Below the pieces are notes generated by a model, which saw only the letters and a list, made by a program, of their open reading frames with translations, searched no databases and was not told the DNA's origin. A stretch of DNA of 64,000 nucleotides, taken from contig JBKBWQ010000001.1 of the NCBI GenBank assembly GCA_046314355.1, positions 256,001 through 320,000 of the forward strand. Reading direction: 5' to 3'. Source of the DNA: Candidatus Altimarinota bacterium. GTDB taxonomy: Bacteria > Patescibacteriota > Gracilibacteria > 1-14-2-50-48-13. This document shows, one piece after another, positions 61,427-64,000 of this stretch. Numbering within the stretch: the stretch's first letter is position 1; each line of letters starts with the position of its first letter. The translations under genes and the position numbers were made by a program.

Positions 61427-62455
61427 CTAGAAGTTGAATTTATTTTTAAGAATTACGTCAACGGTACTATCGTTTACGCTTTCAATAGGAGTCTGGATCC
61501 CTGGAGTGGCGTTTAATTCAATAATCTTAATTTCATTTATAGATTTACAGTTCTTTAAATCAGCATGAAGTACATCAATTCCGACAATCTCCAATCCCAT
61601 ACGTATTGCCAGATCTTCAAATACTTTAGCGATCTTAGGATCAATTTTATCTGTAATTATTTTTTCCGTTCCGCCTACAGAATTATTACATTTATAAGAA
61701 AGAAATATTTTTTTTCCTTTAGGCAAAATACTCTCGCGAGTAACTCCTTGCTCTGAGAGAAGAATATCTAACTCTTCGGTCAGAAGAACTTTATTATAAA
61801 ATTCAGTATACAAAACAGCCCCTCTATTTGGGTCATCATTGAGCGTTTCTATTAATTCATTGATGGTTTTCTTCCCATCACCTATAACATAAGGCTTAAT
61901 TCTATGGGTGACCCAGTGACATTTCCCAAACAGAATAAAGAATCTGTAGTCTTCTCCTTCAATAAATTCCTGAATAAGAAAATTTTTTTTATTTCTTGTA
62001 AAACTCACGGCATCTGCGATAAATAATCTTAATACCTCTAAGGTCTGTGTATTATTCCATACATGGACTCCGTTCCCGTGGGCACTATCTACGGGTTTGA
62101 TAACTATCGTCGTTGGTGATGCTGCAATAATCTGTTCGACTTCATCGAGTGAATCGATACTATAGATATTACTCTGAATTGTAGGGTATTTCCAATGATT
62201 AAGTACCTGATAGGTAAGTAACTTATCATTGCATATTTTACTCATTGAGGACGAATTATCCAAACTACATCCTTTAAATATAACTTCTTTTCCATCCTTA
62301 GAGAGAATATAAGTACTTTTTTTCTCGTCAATCATCTGAAGAGTATATCCTGTCGCCTGCGCTCTTTTAATAATAGTGGCTGGGCTGATCGTCAAATAGT
62401 TCATATTCATCTTGTATTCAAAATAATTAATTGAGTGAATCAAATCAAGATTCAT
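61427..62455 (-). CDS. Stand-alone ATP-grasp ligase (cyanophycin-synthetase/GshF ATP-grasp-like)
   Basis: ICNDKLLT, VIKPVDSAHGNGV, IQEFIEGEDYR, VIGDGKKTINELI...N.DPNRG, GIDV, IIELNATPG; start may be 62410. Confidence 0.88.
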   Translation of the reverse strand: MNLDLIHSINYFEYKMNMNYLTISPATIIKRAQATGYTLQMIDEKKSTYILSKDGKEVIFKGCSLDNSSSMSKICNDKLLTYQVLNHWKYPTIQSNIYSIDSLDEVEQIIAASPTTIVIKPVDSAHGNGVHVWNNTQTLEVLRLFIADAVSFTRNKKNFLIQEFIEGEDYRFFILFGKCHWVTHRIKPYVIGDGKKTINELIETLNDDPNRGAVLYTEFYNKVLLTEELDILLSEQGVTRESILPKGKKIFLSYKCNNSVGGTEKIITDKIDPKIAKVFEDLAIRMGLEIVGIDVLHADLKNCKSINEIKIIELNATPGIQTPIESVNDSTVDVILKNKFNF

Positions 62456-62634
62456 ATTCTCAAATATAAATTTAGCGTTAGCTACTACCTGATTTCAAAT
62501 CAGAGGCAATACTATATAATAAAGCTCGCGATTAAATTTTTTATGCAGCGTTGTATCAAGAATAATTCCACAAATTATTATCACAATAATACATTATCAT
62601 CCTAGATATCGTATACAAATAATCTTGAAATTGA

Positions 62635-62711
62635 TGGTACCCACGACAGGATTCGAACCTGTGACCTTTGCCTTAGAAGGGCACTGCTCTATCCAGCTGA
62701 GCTACGTGGGC
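62635..62711 (-). tRNA. tRNA-Arg (anticodon TCT)
   Basis: Reverse complement GCCCACG...CT-TCT-AA...GGTTCGAATCC...CGTGGGT-ACCA forms a cloverleaf. Confidence 0.96.
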
Positions 62712-62804
62712 AGGTCTTACACACGTGCTCCATTCTACCAAACATTTCGGAGTTCGCAAGCAAAACTCATAGATTATGCACAAGTCTTTGAAAGTACCGC
62801 CTTT

Positions 62805-64000
62805 TTACACTTTTGGATCAAGTATTTCAATATCAATATTCTCCTTGATAGTAGGGAGAGTTTTCTGCCATGCGGGAGATAAAGAGACATTTACTTTTTC
62901 CACCTCAGGAAGATTTTGTATAAATTTTTCTGCATCTTCACGTTTGATACCTGTTACATTTGATTGGATGGTCTTTATAAGAGTTTCATTATCTCTATCG
63001 AAACTGAAGGTTACAAGCCCATTCATTCGAGCAGTAATCTTAATATCAGAATTCTGCGAAGGGAAGATATTTACAAACTGAAGAGACTGAGGGTCCATGC
63101 TCAGAAGTTTCTCTCTAGCAGTGAGTTTGTGATTTACAAAATAGTCCTGCATGATCTTTTTGAGATCATCCTGATTGACATAGTAGGCTTTAGCTCTCAT
63201 TTTTCCTTGTACTTCAAAGCTATCAATACGCTGATTGAGAATATCTTTTGGTACACCAACTGATACTAGCTCTGATTGTACAAAACGGTCATCATGAATC
63301 TGGAAGATCTTATATGTTTCATCCTCGCCATGTACTTTTTTTAGTTCACTTTGAAGGTATTCTGGAGCCATATTTTTCAACTCCTGAATAATGTTTTTAT
63401 TTGCCTCTTCCACATCTTCTTTTACAACAAAACGCTCTACGTTTGTAACACCGCCAGTCATTGGAGATGTACTCTCAGCATAGATAAGCTTCTGATTTGT
63501 GGAAGAAAGTCCCGGGAAAGTAAATTTCATTGGTCCAATATTACCTCTTTCACCCATAAACTGATTATTTGCATCTCTTTCTCTTGCCTCAACTTCTACT
63601 TCGAGTGTGCCAGGAGTATCGCCTTTTGCTTCAGGAACTGATACAAACTTCTTCGTAAGATACACAAGTCCTTCATTTGTCTGAATACGGCTGTTTGTAA
63701 CTAGCGGCCAAGGCTTTGTAGATCTGTTAAATATTTTTATCTTACCTTTTGCATTTTCTCCTTTAAATACCCCTCCTGTTGCCGGCTGCTTAAAGGTTTT
63801 TTCATAGATAACCTCTATCTGCTGCATATGGACTTGTTTATCAGCAAGTGACGTAGGAGCTCCTGTAAGCGTTACATTCGTCTCTACACTCGTAGCATTG
63901 AGCTTAGGTATGATCGTAATCTTAGCATCAGGAAGACCAAAGAATGCAATGGTGAAGAGAATAAGCACACTAAAAAACAATATAGTCATATATGCTTTCT
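62805..64000 (-). CDS. Membrane-anchored baseplate-J-like domain protein (5' end probably outside the window)
   Basis: Frame open to the window edge; TM helix, then AKGKIKIFN, PGTLEVEVEA, GERGNIG, PGL, MTGG, LSPAW...LP. Confidence 0.75.
   Translation of the reverse strand, partial: KAYMTILFFSVLILFTIAFFGLPDAKITIIPKLNATSVETNVTLTGAPTSLADKQVHMQQIEVIYEKTFKQPATGGVFKGENAKGKIKIFNRSTKPWPLVTNSRIQTNEGLVYLTKKFVSVPEAKGDTPGTLEVEVEARERDANNQFMGERGNIGPMKFTFPGLSSTNQKLIYAESTSPMTGGVTNVERFVVKEDVEEANKNIIQELKNMAPEYLQSELKKVHGEDETYKIFQIHDDRFVQSELVSVGVPKDILNQRIDSFEVQGKMRAKAYYVNQDDLKKIMQDYFVNHKLTAREKLLSMDPQSLQFVNIFPSQNSDIKITARMNGLVTFSFDRDNETLIKTIQSNVTGIKREDAEKFIQNLPEVEKVNVSLSPAWQKTLPTIKENIDIEILDPKV

Noticed and set aside
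58078-62711. Integrative island at the tRNA-Arg 3' end
   Set aside because: No integrase and no convincing duplicated tRNA end (only a 7-bp tggtacc match at paralog B's SD)
62625-62882. 85-aa plus-strand ORF
   Set aside because: Antisense to tRNA-Arg

Overview
AT-rich bacterial chromosome segment read in standard code 11. Its gene set and style point to a Patescibacteria/CPR organism (inference): scattered housekeeping genes mostly without Shine-Dalgarno sites, a short HrcA, an orphan solute-binding protein, a baseplate-J-like membrane protein and large orphans. Core genes are gap, malic enzyme, fusA, manC, yebC, hrcA, ftsH, tmk, rnhB, trxA, rpsA, a DnaQ-DinG fusion, dus, tsaE, infB, tyrS, rlmE, rsmG, uvrB, queG, pepA, dnaB, ftsE, tRNA-Val(TAC) and tRNA-Arg(TCT). 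Five things stand out. (1) A 53.4-62.5 kb cluster that looks like a peptide-tag writer/eraser system: a PKD-7TM membrane protein, an ATP-grasp ligase fused to a dead aspartic-protease domain and a DUF1704/MATCAP-like carboxypeptidase, two more DUF1704 paralogs with tubulin-like acidic tails, and a second ATP-grasp ligase. (2) An orphan gene (36709-38184) with a three-way-junction 5' leader, whose ribosome-binding site can form a 19/20-bp duplex with the sequence at its own stop codon 1.5 kb away. (3) Signal-peptide-less proteins with C-terminal peptidoglycan hydrolase domains, plus a giant secreted amidase-SpoIID protein. (4) A CIRCE operator in front of ftsH, beside hrcA. (5) A family of AT-rich palindromic intergenic repeats. 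No CRISPR array, transposase or integrase was seen. All family assignments come from motif recognition by eye, not from database searches.
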